This document shows, piece after piece, positions 11,792 to 22,324 of a stretch of 64,000 nt of DNA. Positions within the stretch are counted from its first letter, which is position 1. Every line of letters starts with the position of its first letter. The notes beneath the pieces were generated by a model. It had not been told where the DNA came from. It did no database searches and worked only from the letters and a program-made list of their open reading frames with translations. The translations under genes were made by a program, and so were the position numbers. Source of the stretch: Escherichia coli (GTDB lineage Bacteria; Pseudomonadota; Gammaproteobacteria; Enterobacterales; Enterobacteriaceae); NCBI RefSeq assembly GCF_009931435.1, contig NZ_CP043414.1. The stretch is one strand, 5' to 3'.

Positions 11792-13179
11792 TGCAAATCG
11801 TCTCTGTCGATATTGGATCGACGTGGACCAAAGCAGCCCTCTTCACCCGGGAGGGGGACGCGTTAACGTTGGTTAACCACGTTCTGACCCCAACCACCAC
11901 CCATCATCTGGCGAAGGGGTTTTTCTCCAGCCTGGACCAGGTGTTAAACGTAGATGATGCCCTCCCCCTGTTAAACAGTGGTGAGGTTGCATTGAAGTAT
12001 TCCTCCTCTGCCAAAGGTGGGCTGGCGGTTGCCGCAATGGGAATAGTGCCTTCTATCACTCTGGAAACCGCGAAAGTAACCGCTCACTCTGCGGGTGCTA
12101 AAATTGCGCAATATTACGCCTACAAGCTGAACCGCCGTGATATCCAGGCACTGGAAGAAACGCAGCCCGATATTCTCTTGTTCACCGGCGGCACCGACGG
12201 CGGAGAAGAAAGCTACGGACTGAATAACGCCCGTGTGCTGGCAGAATCCAAACTCGACTGCGCCATTATTTATGCCGGAAACCGGGATATTCAGGACAAG
12301 GTGCAGGAGATCCTCGGGCATAAAGACCTGACCATCGTCGACAACGTTCTGCCCGATCTTGACCATCCGAACCCTTTAGCTGCACGCCAGGCTATCTGCG
12401 ACATATTCCTTAAACGCATCGTTAAAGGGAAAGGGCTGGATGTCATTGTTGATAAAACAGGCGAAGAACCAATGCCGACACCATGGACGGTCTTTGAACT
12501 GGTTAAGGCAATCAGTAACGTCGATCACAGCTGGAAAGAGTTCATGCTGATCGACATGGGCGGCGCAACCACCGATGTCTATTCCGCCTGTGCCAACACG
12601 CTCTCGCCCGACACTGTTTTACATGGCGTACCGGAACCCTTCGTAAAACGGACGGTGGAAGGCGATCTGGGAATGCGCGTCTCGGCAATGGTGGTTGGTG
12701 AAAGTGCGAAAGAGTTAGTCAGTGTGAATTTTGCTCAGCAACCCGCACAGTTGGACGCTTTTTATCATTACCTCCGTCATCTAGTCGCTCATCCCGACTA
12801 CTTACCCGCGAATGCAGATGAAAAATATTTCGATACCGTCCTGGCCGGACTGTGTGTGGGTTATGCCACCGAAAGACATGCGGGCACCAAAAAAGAGGTC
12901 TGCACCTGCGTCGGCAATGTCGATTTACAGATGGGACGTGACCTGACAACCGTGCGTAAAGTCGTGGGTTCCGGCGGATGGCTCTCGCGTGCCAGTCAGT
13001 TCGATATGCATCACTGGTTGAAATACCGCGAGTTAAACGACGACGGTAAACGCATTCTCTTACCGACCGAATTTGAATATTACCGCGATTCCCGGGGGCT
13101 ATTACCACTGCTGGCAAACGTCGCCAGAGTCGATCCGCTGGCCGCCGCGCGCACCAGTATTCAATGCTTAACCCTATAA
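11791..13179 (+). CDS. glmL: Glutamate mutase accessory protein GlmL/MutL (putative reactivating chaperone)
   Basis: 462-aa ORF sitting between the S and E subunit genes, as in clostridial mutS-mutL-mutE operons. Confidence 0.7.
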   Translation: MQIVSVDIGSTWTKAALFTREGDALTLVNHVLTPTTTHHLAKGFFSSLDQVLNVDDALPLLNSGEVALKYSSSAKGGLAVAAMGIVPSITLETAKVTAHSAGAKIAQYYAYKLNRRDIQALEETQPDILLFTGGTDGGEESYGLNNARVLAESKLDCAIIYAGNRDIQDKVQEILGHKDLTIVDNVLPDLDHPNPLAARQAICDIFLKRIVKGKGLDVIVDKTGEEPMPTPWTVFELVKAISNVDHSWKEFMLIDMGGATTDVYSACANTLSPDTVLHGVPEPFVKRTVEGDLGMRVSAMVVGESAKELVSVNFAQQPAQLDAFYHYLRHLVAHPDYLPANADEKYFDTVLAGLCVGYATERHAGTKKEVCTCVGNVDLQMGRDLTTVRKVVGSGGWLSRASQFDMHHWLKYRELNDDGKRILLPTEFEYYRDSRGLLPLLANVARVDPLAAARTSIQCLTL

Positions 13180-13197
13180 CAATTAAGGCTGCAATCA

Positions 13198-14643
13198 ATG
13201 GAACTTCGAAATAAGAAATTAACCCATGACGAATTCATGACCGAGCGGCAACAGGTATTGAAAACCTGGGAAACCGGCAAGGATGTTGAAAACTTTGAAG
13301 ATGGCGTTAAATACCAACAAACCATTCCTGAGCATAAACGCTTCTCTCTTGCCCTGCTGAAAGCAGACAAGGAAGGTAAAACCCTTAGCCAACCGCGCGC
13401 AGGCGTGGCGCTGATGGACGAACACATCGAACTACTGAAAACACTACAAGAAGAGTGCGATCTGCTGCCGAGCACTATCGATGCATATACCCGTCTGAAT
13501 CGGTACGAAGAAGCTGCTGTAGGGATTAAAAAATCCATCGAAGCCGGAACCTCTAAACTGAACGGTTTACCGGTAGTTAACCACGGCGTCGCAGCTTGCC
13601 GTCGCCTCACCGAAACTCTGCAAAAACCGCTACAGATCCGCCACGGCACGCCAGATGCGCGTCTGCTGGCTGAAATCTCGATGGCCAGCGGCTTTACCAG
13701 TTATGAAGGCGGCGGCATTTCCTACAATATTCCGTATGCCAAGCGCGTAACGCTGGAAAAATCGATCCGCGACTGGCAGTACTGCGATCGTTTAATGGGG
13801 ATGTACGAAGAACACGGGATCCGCATCAACCGCGAACCGTTTGGCCCACTAACGGGTACGCTGATCCCGCCGTTTATCTCGCACTCTATCGCAATAATCG
13901 AAGGCTTGCTGGCACTGGAACAGGGTGTGAAGTCTATCACCGTTGGTTATGGTCAGGTCGGTAGCCTGACGCAGGATGTTGCGGCGATCCAGTCTCTGCG
14001 GGAACTTGCACACGAATATTTTCAGAGCTATGGCTATACCGACTACGAATTAAGTACCGTGTTTCACCAGTGGATGGGAGGCTTTCCGGAGGACGAATCG
14101 AAAGCGTTCGCCATTATCTCCTGGGGTGCTGCAGTCGCGGGGATGTCTGGTGCTACCAAAGTCATCACCAAAAGTCCGCACGAAGCCTGGGGCATCCCGA
14201 CTGCTGCTGCCAACATTCAGGGGCTAAAAGCCTCCCGCCAGATGCTCAACATGGTCAACGAGCAGAAATTCCCGCCGTGCCCGGCGGTTGAACTAGAAAT
14301 TGAACTGATTAAGAGCGAGGTTCGCGCTGTACTGAACAAAGTGTTCGAACTGGGTAATGGTGATATTGCGCGCGGTACGGTGCTGGCATTTGAAGCGGGC
14401 GTACTGGATGTGCCGTTTGCACCAGCCGCCTGCAACGCGGGCAAAATTCTTCCGGTCCGTGACAACACCGGCGCGATACGCGTACTGGAAGCCGGAGCCG
14501 TTCCATTGCCAAAAGATATTCTCGACCTCCACCACGATTACGTTGCGGAACGCGCGCGCTTTGAAGGACGCCAACCGACATTCCAGATGGTTGTAGATGA
14601 CATCAATGCTGTATCCCACAGTAAATTAATAGGAAGACCATAA
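13198..14643 (+). CDS. glmE: Glutamate mutase epsilon (E) catalytic subunit
   Basis: 481 aa; MELRNKK...QPRAGVALMDEHIELL...PSTIDAYTR...GGGISYNIPYAK matches recalled Clostridium GlmE along its length. Confidence 0.9.
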   Translation: MELRNKKLTHDEFMTERQQVLKTWETGKDVENFEDGVKYQQTIPEHKRFSLALLKADKEGKTLSQPRAGVALMDEHIELLKTLQEECDLLPSTIDAYTRLNRYEEAAVGIKKSIEAGTSKLNGLPVVNHGVAACRRLTETLQKPLQIRHGTPDARLLAEISMASGFTSYEGGGISYNIPYAKRVTLEKSIRDWQYCDRLMGMYEEHGIRINREPFGPLTGTLIPPFISHSIAIIEGLLALEQGVKSITVGYGQVGSLTQDVAAIQSLRELAHEYFQSYGYTDYELSTVFHQWMGGFPEDESKAFAIISWGAAVAGMSGATKVITKSPHEAWGIPTAAANIQGLKASRQMLNMVNEQKFPPCPAVELEIELIKSEVRAVLNKVFELGNGDIARGTVLAFEAGVLDVPFAPAACNAGKILPVRDNTGAIRVLEAGAVPLPKDILDLHHDYVAERARFEGRQPTFQMVVDDINAVSHSKLIGRP

Positions 14644-15884
14644 TGAAAATAAAACAGGCCCTTTTTACCGCTGGCTACTCCTCATTCTATTTCGATGATC
14701 AGCAGGCGATAAAAAACGGAGCGGGTCACGACGGCTTTTTCTACACCGGAGAGCCGGTAACACAGGGGTTTAACGCCGTACGTCAGGCCGGGGAGTGCGT
14801 TTCGGTTCAGTTGATTCTGGAAAACGGTGCGGTCGCCGTAGGTGACTGTGCTGCCGTACAGTATTCCGGGGCAGGCGGTCGCGATCCACTGTTCCTCGCA
14901 GAGCACTTTATTCCGTTCCTCAACGACCATATCAAGCCATTACTGGTAGGCCGCGATGTGGATGCTTTCCTGCCGAATGCCCGTTTCTTCGACAAATTGC
15001 GTATTGACGGCAACTTGCTGCATACCGCCGTACGTTACGGATTATCACAGGCGCTGCTTGATGCTACCGCGCTGGCAACCGGCCGTCTGAAAACTGAAGT
15101 GGTCTGTGATGAATGGCAGTTGCCACGCGTGGCGGAATCCATTCCATTATTTGGTCAGAGCGGCGACGATCGATATATCGCCGTCGATAAGATGATCCTT
15201 AAGGGCATCGACGTGCTGCCCCATGCGCTGATTAATAACGTCGAAGAGAAACTGGGCTTTAAAGGTGAAAAACTGCGCGAATATGTCCGCTGGTTGTCAG
15301 ATCGCATTCTGAGCAAGCGCACCAGCGCACGCTACCACCCTACCCTGCACATCGATGTATACGGCACTATCGGTCTGATCTTCGATATGGATCCGCTTCG
15401 CTGTGCGCAATACATCGCCAGTCTGGAAAAAGAGGCGCAAGGCCTGCCGCTCTACATTGAGGGGCCGGTCGATGCCGGTAACAAGCCCGATCAAATCCGC
15501 CTGCTGACCGCGATTACCAAAGAGCTGACGCGCCTCGGTTCCGGCGTGAAAATCGTGGCCGATGAATGGTGTAACACCTACCAGGATATTGTTGATTTCA
15601 CTGATGCCGCCAGTTGCCACATGGTGCAAATCAAAACCCCGGATCTGGGCAGTATTCACAACATCGTCGATGCAGTTCTTTATTGCAACAGCCACAGCAT
15701 GGAAGCGTACCAGGGCGGCACCTGCAATGAAACTGATGTCAGTGCCCGCACCTGTGTCCACGTCGCCCTTGCTGCTCGCCCCATGCGTATGCTGGTAAAA
15801 CCAGGGATGGGCTTTGACGAAGGCCTCGATATCGTCTTCAACGAAATGAATCGTACTATCGCGCTGTTGCAGGCTAAGGATTAA
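14643..15884 (+). CDS. mal: 3-Methylaspartate ammonia-lyase (methylaspartase)
   Basis: 413-aa enolase-superfamily ORF (MKIKQALFTAGYSSFYFDDQ...), same length as clostridial MAL; start overlaps the glmE stop. Confidence 0.85.
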   Translation: MKIKQALFTAGYSSFYFDDQQAIKNGAGHDGFFYTGEPVTQGFNAVRQAGECVSVQLILENGAVAVGDCAAVQYSGAGGRDPLFLAEHFIPFLNDHIKPLLVGRDVDAFLPNARFFDKLRIDGNLLHTAVRYGLSQALLDATALATGRLKTEVVCDEWQLPRVAESIPLFGQSGDDRYIAVDKMILKGIDVLPHALINNVEEKLGFKGEKLREYVRWLSDRILSKRTSARYHPTLHIDVYGTIGLIFDMDPLRCAQYIASLEKEAQGLPLYIEGPVDAGNKPDQIRLLTAITKELTRLGSGVKIVADEWCNTYQDIVDFTDAASCHMVQIKTPDLGSIHNIVDAVLYCNSHSMEAYQGGTCNETDVSARTCVHVALAARPMRMLVKPGMGFDEGLDIVFNEMNRTIALLQAKD

Positions 15885-15887
15885 CAA

Positions 15888-17258
15888 ATGGCTCGTTCTT
15901 TTAAAGTCTTATCGCCAACGGCAATCCTCGGGTATGGATTCCCGGAAGAGAGCTTCCGCAAAGCGATGGCAGAATCGCCCGATCTGATCGCCGTTGATGC
16001 AGGCTCTTCCGATCCTGGCCCCCACTACCTCGGGGCGGGCAAACCGTTTACCGATCGCGCAGGGGTCAAGCGCGATCTGCGCTATATGATCACCGCAGGC
16101 GTGCAAAATAATATACCGGTGGTGATCGGAACGGCCGGCGGTTCTGGTGCCGCTCCACACCTGGAGTGGTGCCGAGAAATAATTCATGAGATTGCCCGGG
16201 AAGAGCACCTCGCGTTCTCGATGGCGCTGATCCCGGCAGACGTTGACAAAGCCATCGTCCACCAGGCGCTGGATAACGGCAAAATCACAGCGCTGGATTT
16301 TGTCCCGCCGTTAACCCACGACGCGATTGACGAAAGTACGTATATCGTCGCGCAAATGGGCATCGAACCCTTCCAGCAGGCGCTGAAAGAAGGCGCGCAA
16401 GTGGTGCTGGGCGGGCGCGCTTACGACCCGGCCTGCTTTGCTGCGCTACCGATCATGCAAGGCTTTGATGAAGGTCTGGCGCTGCATTGTGGGAAAATCC
16501 TTGAATGCGCGGCAATCGCCGCAACGCCCGGCTCAGGCTCTGACTGTGCGATGGGCATCATTGATGACAACGGCTTTACGCTGAAGACATTTAATCCGAA
16601 GCGTAAATTTACCGAAACGTCAGCGGCTGCACACACACTGTATGAGAAATCCGATCCCTACTTCCTGCCAGGACCTGGCGGCGTGTTGAACCTGAAAGGC
16701 TGCACATTTAAAGCGGTCAATGACGGCGAAGTGTACGTCAGCGGTTCTAAGCATGAAGAAACGCCGTATGCCCTGAAACTGGAAGGTGCGCGGCGGGTGG
16801 GCTTCCGCTGTCTGACCATCGCAGGAACGCGCGACCCGATCATGATCGCCGGGATCGATAAAATCATCGATGAAGTCAAAACCAGCGTTTCGCGTAACCT
16901 GTCGCTCGACGATGACAGCATTCGCATCAATTTCCACCTGTACGGCAAAAACGGGGTGATGGGCGACCATGAACCGATGCAAACTGCCGGGCATGAGCTG
17001 GGGATTGTCCTTGATGTAGTTGCACCGACCCAGGATATTGCCAATAGCGTTTGCTCGCTGGTGCGCTCTACCATGCTGCACTACGGCTATGAAAACCGCA
17101 TCGCTACCGCAGGCAACCTGGCGTTCCCGTTCTCCCCTTCTGATATCCAGGGCGGGCCGGTATACGAATTTTCCATATATCACCTGATTGAAGCCAACGA
17201 CGCTCTGCGTTTTGATTTCCATATTGAACAGGTGACGCCAGAAGGAGTTCAGGCATGA
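15888..17258 (+). CDS. DUF1446 (AtuA-like) family protein, function unknown
   Basis: 456-aa ORF tightly linked downstream of mal; sequence resembles the acyclic-terpene-utilisation AtuA-like family as recalled. Confidence 0.6.
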   Translation: MARSFKVLSPTAILGYGFPEESFRKAMAESPDLIAVDAGSSDPGPHYLGAGKPFTDRAGVKRDLRYMITAGVQNNIPVVIGTAGGSGAAPHLEWCREIIHEIAREEHLAFSMALIPADVDKAIVHQALDNGKITALDFVPPLTHDAIDESTYIVAQMGIEPFQQALKEGAQVVLGGRAYDPACFAALPIMQGFDEGLALHCGKILECAAIAATPGSGSDCAMGIIDDNGFTLKTFNPKRKFTETSAAAHTLYEKSDPYFLPGPGGVLNLKGCTFKAVNDGEVYVSGSKHEETPYALKLEGARRVGFRCLTIAGTRDPIMIAGIDKIIDEVKTSVSRNLSLDDDSIRINFHLYGKNGVMGDHEPMQTAGHELGIVLDVVAPTQDIANSVCSLVRSTMLHYGYENRIATAGNLAFPFSPSDIQGGPVYEFSIYHLIEANDALRFDFHIEQVTPEGVQA

Positions 17259-17572
17259 AACAGTCAATTGTCTCACTGGCGCAAGTCATTCGTTCGAAAA
17301 ATGCCGGACCTTACGAACTGGTTTTAGATATTTTATTTAAAACGAAAGAAAACTATGAGCGAGTAAAATCATCAGGGCAATTAACCCCAGAACTGATTGC
17401 GCGCTTATATCATGTTGAACCTGACTTTATTCATCGTATTGTCTGGTTTGATCCTTCTAACGCAGTAAAAATTGTCATGCCACGAGATATTATCTCCGGG
17501 AATGTAGGTGACAATGATGTCTATGGCGCACAGCAACATGCACCTTTATTAAATATGAGTTTCGATTTGTAA
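17255..17572 (+). CDS. DUF4387-family small protein (partner of DUF1446 proteins)
   Basis: 105-aa ORF overlapping the previous stop by 4 nt (translational coupling). Confidence 0.55.
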   Translation: MKQSIVSLAQVIRSKNAGPYELVLDILFKTKENYERVKSSGQLTPELIARLYHVEPDFIHRIVWFDPSNAVKIVMPRDIISGNVGDNDVYGAQQHAPLLNMSFDL

Positions 17573-17732
17573 AAATCCGAACACTTTTAGCCAACTGACA
17601 TCCCGTCACTTATTGCAGCTCAACACTTCAGCTATTTGTAAGGTTGTTATAGCAGGTAGATGCCTGAATCTCTATTCAGGCATCCACTTCTCCTGATTCT
17701 GATTTATCGCCGTGCACCTGATGGAGGAAAAA

Positions 17733-19013
17733 ATGAAGAAAATAAGTTTAACCACGATGATTCTTTTGGCGCTGGTACTTGGAATGATTATCGGCGTAGT
17801 GCTCAATAACACTGCTTCACCGGAAACAGCAAAACTCTATGCGCAAGAAATATCGATATTCACGACGATTTTCTTACGACTGATAAAAATGATTATCGCT
17901 CCGTTAGTGGTCTCTACCCTGGTGGTAGGTATTGCTAAAATGGGCGATGCCAAAGCCCTTGGTCGTATTTTTTCTAAAACACTCTTTTTATTTATTTGCG
18001 CCTCATTGCTGTCAATTGCCTTAGGCTTGATAACGGTAAATTTCTTCATGCCAGGCACAGGAATTAATTTTGTTGCACACGGTGCCGAAACCACCGGAGT
18101 GGTCGCGTCAGAACCCTTTACACTAAAAGTATTTATTTCGCATGCTTTCCCCACCAGCATTGTCGATGCCATGGCGCACAATGAAATTTTGCAAATCGTG
18201 GTGTTCTCAATTTTCCTCGGCTGTAGCCTGACGGCGATTGGTGAGAAAGGCAGCGCCATCGTTCACGCCTTAGATTCGCTGGCACATGCCATGTTAAAGC
18301 TCACTGGCTACGTCATGCTCTTCGCTCCCCTGACCGTATTCGCCGCTATTTCAGCATTGATTGCTGAACGAGGACTGGCAGTTATGGTGAGCGCCGGGAT
18401 CTTTATGGGTGAATTTTATTTCACCATGTTATTACTTTGGGTGCTGCTTATCGGTCTGGCCATCGTTTATGTCGGCCCCTGCATCAGACGCCTGACCCGC
18501 GCCCTTTCAGAACCCGCCCTGCTGGCATTTACCACATCCAGTTCTGAAGCTGCTTTTCCGGGAACGCTTGAAAAACTGGAGCAATTTGGCGTTTCCCCCA
18601 AAATTGCCAGCTTTGTCTTACCCATTGGCTACTCATTTAATCTCGTTGGATCAATGGCCTACTGCTCCTTCGCCACAGTTTTCATCGCCCAGGCCTGCAA
18701 TATCCATTTATCCATCGGTGAGCAAATCACCATGCTGTTGATCCTGATGTTGACCTCGAAAGGAATGGCTGGCGTACCACGCGCCTCAATGGTGGTTATC
18801 GCCGCCACGCTCAACCAGTTCAATATTCCGGAAGCGGGGCTGATCTTGCTGATGGGCGTTGATCCGTTCCTTGATATGGGGCGTTCCGCGACAAACGTCA
18901 TGAGCAACGCAATGGGCGCTGCGATGGTGAGTCGGTGGGAAGGCGAACATTTCGGCGAGGGCTGTCGGGGTAAAGCATTAAAACCCAATGAATCGAACGT
19001 TGCTCTGCCCTGA
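17733..19013 (+). CDS. Dicarboxylate/amino acid:cation symporter (DAACS, GltP-like); putative glutamate or C4/C5-dicarboxylate uptake
   Basis: About 426-aa polytopic membrane protein with DAACS-like sequence; GGAGG upstream of the ATG at 17733 (track ORF starts at 17712). Confidence 0.75.
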   Translation: MKKISLTTMILLALVLGMIIGVVLNNTASPETAKLYAQEISIFTTIFLRLIKMIIAPLVVSTLVVGIAKMGDAKALGRIFSKTLFLFICASLLSIALGLITVNFFMPGTGINFVAHGAETTGVVASEPFTLKVFISHAFPTSIVDAMAHNEILQIVVFSIFLGCSLTAIGEKGSAIVHALDSLAHAMLKLTGYVMLFAPLTVFAAISALIAERGLAVMVSAGIFMGEFYFTMLLLWVLLIGLAIVYVGPCIRRLTRALSEPALLAFTTSSSEAAFPGTLEKLEQFGVSPKIASFVLPIGYSFNLVGSMAYCSFATVFIAQACNIHLSIGEQITMLLILMLTSKGMAGVPRASMVVIAATLNQFNIPEAGLILLMGVDPFLDMGRSATNVMSNAMGAAMVSRWEGEHFGEGCRGKALKPNESNVALP

Positions 19014-19120
19014 GGGGGATCTTAAGCAATCAGAAGCCAATGACTACGCATTTTTATAAGCCGGATCATGAAGTTAGACGGCAATTAAGTAACACTAACG
19101 TTTAAGGTGAAAAGTGAAAT

Positions 19121-20773
19121 ATGTCCAAACCATTTATCTGGCAAGAACCGTTTCTACAAAATAAAGACGGTACAGAATATACATTAATTAGCGATCAACA
19201 TATTACAGTAACGGAATTAGACGGCGAAGAAGTAATAAAAATCGCTCCTGAAGCATTAACGCTGCTTGCCCGGCAGGCATTTTATGAAGCCTCTTTTTTC
19301 TTACGTTCCGCTCATTTGCAACAGGTCGCCAGCATTCTTAACGATCCGCAGGCCAGCAGTAATGATAAATACGTTGCGTTGCAGTTATTACGTAATGCTG
19401 AAGTCTCAGCAAAAGGGGTATTACCCAACTGTCAGGATACCGGCACCGCAACTATTGTTGCCAGTAAAGGGCAACAGATATGGACGGGAGGTAACGACGC
19501 TGAAGCCTTAAGCAAAGGCATTTACAGTACTTTCCAGGAAAATAATCTGCGCTTTTCACAAAATGCGCCGCTGGATATGTATACCGAAGTCAATACGCAA
19601 ACCAATCTTCCGGCGCAGATTGATATCAGCGCTGTCGCTGGTAATGAGTACCATTTTCTCTGTGTTAATAAAGGGGGCGGCTCCGCCAATAAAGCCGCAC
19701 TTTATCAGGAAACCAAATCCTTATTGCAACCAGAAAAACTGACCGCATTTTTAATCGACAAAATGAAATCGTTGGGCACGGCCGCCTGCCCGCCCTACCA
19801 CATCGCCTTTGTCGTCGGAGGGCTTTCAGCCGATCAAACCTTAAAAGTTGCCAAGCTGGCCTCTACGAAATATTACGACAATTTGCCCACCAGCGGAAAC
19901 GAGCAGGGACAAGCATTCCGTGATATTGAGCTGGAAAAAGCGTTGCTCGAGGCCAGTCAGCAATTTGGTATTGGTGCGCAATTTGGGGGTAAATATTTCG
20001 CTCATGATATTCGCGTCATTCGTCTGCCGCGTCACGGTGGCTCTTGCCCGATAGCTATGGCGCTCTCCTGTTCTGCCGATCGCAATATCAAAGCAAAAAT
20101 TAACAAGCATGGTATCTGGCTGGAAAAACTCGAACACAATCCGGGGCAATATATTCCAGCCTCACTGCGGGAAGAAAATCACGCGCAACATGTACAGCTG
20201 GATCTAAACCGTCCGTTGCGTGACGTGATGCAGGATCTCGCCAGATTACCGGTAGGTACCCGCGTGTCGTTAAGTGGTCCCATCGTAGTGGCGCGCGATA
20301 TCGCCCACGCAAAAATAAAAGCGCGGCTGGATAGCGGCGAATCGATGCCGGATTACCTGAAGCATCATATTGTCTATTACGCTGGCCCGGCGAAAACACC
20401 GGAGAACATGGCCTGCGGTTCACTGGGTCCAACCACGGGCGGTCGAATGGACGGTTATGTCGAAACCTTCCAGGCGGCTGGCGGCAGTCTGGTAATGTTA
20501 TCGAAAGGTAACCGCAGCCAGCAGGTCACCGATGCCTGTCACAAACATGCAGGCTTCAATCTGGGAAGTATTGGCGGTGCAGCTGCGTTACTGGCGCAAG
20601 AATATGTCAAAAGTCTGCGTTGCCTGGAATACCCGGAGCTGGGTATGGAGGCGGTGTGGATGATGGAAGTGGAAAATCTGCCCGCATTCATCCTGGTTGA
20701 TGATAAAGGCAATAATTTCTTTAGCCAGTTTGAGCAGCAACACCGCTGCGCCAGTTGCCCTGCGGGACATTAA
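19121..20773 (+). CDS. fumD: Class I (Fe-S) fumarate hydratase family; probable mesaconase/fumarase
   Basis: 550-aa FumA/FumB-like ORF (..[10 protein letters not shown]..); its position in a glutamate mutase/methylaspartase cluster suggests mesaconate hydratase. Confidence 0.8.
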   Translation: MSKPFIWQEPFLQNKDGTEYTLISDQHITVTELDGEEVIKIAPEALTLLARQAFYEASFFLRSAHLQQVASILNDPQASSNDKYVALQLLRNAEVSAKGVLPNCQDTGTATIVASKGQQIWTGGNDAEALSKGIYSTFQENNLRFSQNAPLDMYTEVNTQTNLPAQIDISAVAGNEYHFLCVNKGGGSANKAALYQETKSLLQPEKLTAFLIDKMKSLGTAACPPYHIAFVVGGLSADQTLKVAKLASTKYYDNLPTSGNEQGQAFRDIELEKALLEASQQFGIGAQFGGKYFAHDIRVIRLPRHGGSCPIAMALSCSADRNIKAKINKHGIWLEKLEHNPGQYIPASLREENHAQHVQLDLNRPLRDVMQDLARLPVGTRVSLSGPIVVARDIAHAKIKARLDSGESMPDYLKHHIVYYAGPAKTPENMACGSLGPTTGGRMDGYVETFQAAGGSLVMLSKGNRSQQVTDACHKHAGFNLGSIGGAAALLAQEYVKSLRCLEYPELGMEAVWMMEVENLPAFILVDDKGNNFFSQFEQQHRCASCPAGH

Positions 20774-20782
20774 GGAAAATGA

Positions 20783-21385
20783 ATGGAAGCGCGAATTTCA
20801 ACTGAACGGCATGTGCAGCGCCAACAGAAATTGAAGGAACAGGTCGATACGCGCGTCGCGGCGGCGATAGAGAAAAAAGGGATCTTGATTGTTTTCACCG
20901 GCAACGGCAAAGGGAAATCCACTGCCGCGTTTGGTACTGTGACGCGCGCGGTGGGTCATGGCAAAACGGTGGGGGTTGCGCAGTACATCAAGGGGCAATG
21001 GGACAACGGCGAATACAACCTTCTCCAGCCGCTGGGGGTTGAGTTTCATATTATGGGAACCGGTTTTACCTGGGAGACTCAGAACCGGCAAGCGGATATC
21101 GACGCGGCGAAAGAGGTCTGGTCGGAAAGCAAACGGATGCTGGCTGACAAGCGTTACGACTTAGTGGTGCTTGATGAGCTGACCTATATGCTGGCTTACC
21201 ATTATCTGGACACCGAAGAAGTGATCACTTCTCTGCAAAACCGCCCGGCACAACAAAGTGTCATTGTCACCGGACGCAGTTGCCACAGTCAGATATTAAA
21301 AATGGCGGATACGGTCAGCGAAATCCGCCCCGTCAAACATGCTTTTGATAACGGCATTCAGGCGCAGCCGGGTATCGACTGGTAA
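20783..21385 (+). CDS. Cob(I)yrinic acid a,c-diamide / corrinoid adenosyltransferase (CobA/BtuR/CobO family)
   Basis: 200-aa ORF with P-loop GNGKGKSTAAFG; would supply adenosylcobalamin for glutamate mutase. Confidence 0.8.
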   Translation: MEARISTERHVQRQQKLKEQVDTRVAAAIEKKGILIVFTGNGKGKSTAAFGTVTRAVGHGKTVGVAQYIKGQWDNGEYNLLQPLGVEFHIMGTGFTWETQNRQADIDAAKEVWSESKRMLADKRYDLVVLDELTYMLAYHYLDTEEVITSLQNRPAQQSVIVTGRSCHSQILKMADTVSEIRPVKHAFDNGIQAQPGIDW

Positions 21386-21418
21386 TAACTGCGCCTGGCA
21401 TCCAGCCAGGCGCAGGTT

Positions 21419-22324
21419 TTACATCTCCTGCGGTACGACCGATTTCGCCAGCAACCATTCACGAAATTGCTGCAAGTGCGGCGAGTCAGACTTCTCTTCC
21501 TGCCACGTCATAATAAAACGATTACCGGTACGAATAGGCACATCACAGGGAATCACCATATCGCCACTATCCAAATCATGTTGAATAGCGAACCGTGGTA
21601 ACAGCGCCACGCCGAGATTAGAGCGCACGGCGGCAATCAGCATTGAAAGCAAATCGAAACGTGGTCCGTTATTGACCAGCGGACTGCTAACGCCAGATAA
21701 AGCAAACCACTCTTCCCAGCCAGTAATACGGGTGCTTTGATGCAGAAGTGGTAACTCAGTAAGCAGTTCTGCCACTGACAGTTTTTGATCGGACATTGCA
21801 AGCAAACTGCCGCTGCATACCGGCAAAATCTCCTCTTCAAAGAGATATTCTACTTCCGCCCAGGGCGCGCAAAAATTTTCGCGCATAATGACAGCATCGT
21901 ACTCCCGATTAAGAAAATCGCCGTTATTAGCTAAAGAATGAATATTAACAATAATATCGGGATGTAACTTTGTGAATTCATGTAAATTTGGGATTAACCA
22001 GTGGGTACTAAACGTAGGATTAACGGCAAGTTCAATAACCTGAACCGTAGGCTGCCAGGTCATAATCGTATTGGTATCGCGCTCCAATTTATTTAATGTT
22101 TCTTTTACTATCCCCAGGTAATACTTCCCTGCATCATTAAGAAAAATGCGTTTTTTAGAGTGTGAAAATAACGGAGTATGTAAAAATTCCTCCAACGCAC
22201 TTACTTGTCTGAATACTGCACTTTGGGTTAACGCTAACTCCTCTGCCGCTCTGGTATAACTTTCATGACGTGCGACGACCTCAAAAGTCACCAGCAGCTC
22301 CGTTTTAGGTATTTTTCCTCGCAT
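21419..22324 (-). CDS. LysR-family transcriptional regulator
   Basis: 301 aa; N-terminal HTH (LLVTFEVVARHESYTRAAEELALTQSAVFRQVSALE) plus substrate-binding domain. Confidence 0.85.
   Translation of the reverse strand: MRGKIPKTELLVTFEVVARHESYTRAAEELALTQSAVFRQVSALEEFLHTPLFSHSKKRIFLNDAGKYYLGIVKETLNKLERDTNTIMTWQPTVQVIELAVNPTFSTHWLIPNLHEFTKLHPDIIVNIHSLANNGDFLNREYDAVIMRENFCAPWAEVEYLFEEEILPVCSGSLLAMSDQKLSVAELLTELPLLHQSTRITGWEEWFALSGVSSPLVNNGPRFDLLSMLIAAVRSNLGVALLPRFAIQHDLDSGDMVIPCDVPIRTGNRFIMTWQEEKSDSPHLQQFREWLLAKSVVPQEM

Noticed and set aside
17712-17735. Upstream GTG/ATG starts for the DAACS transporter
   Set aside because: The ATG at 17733 preceded by GGAGG is the better-supported start; earlier in-frame codons would put the RBS inside the coding sequence
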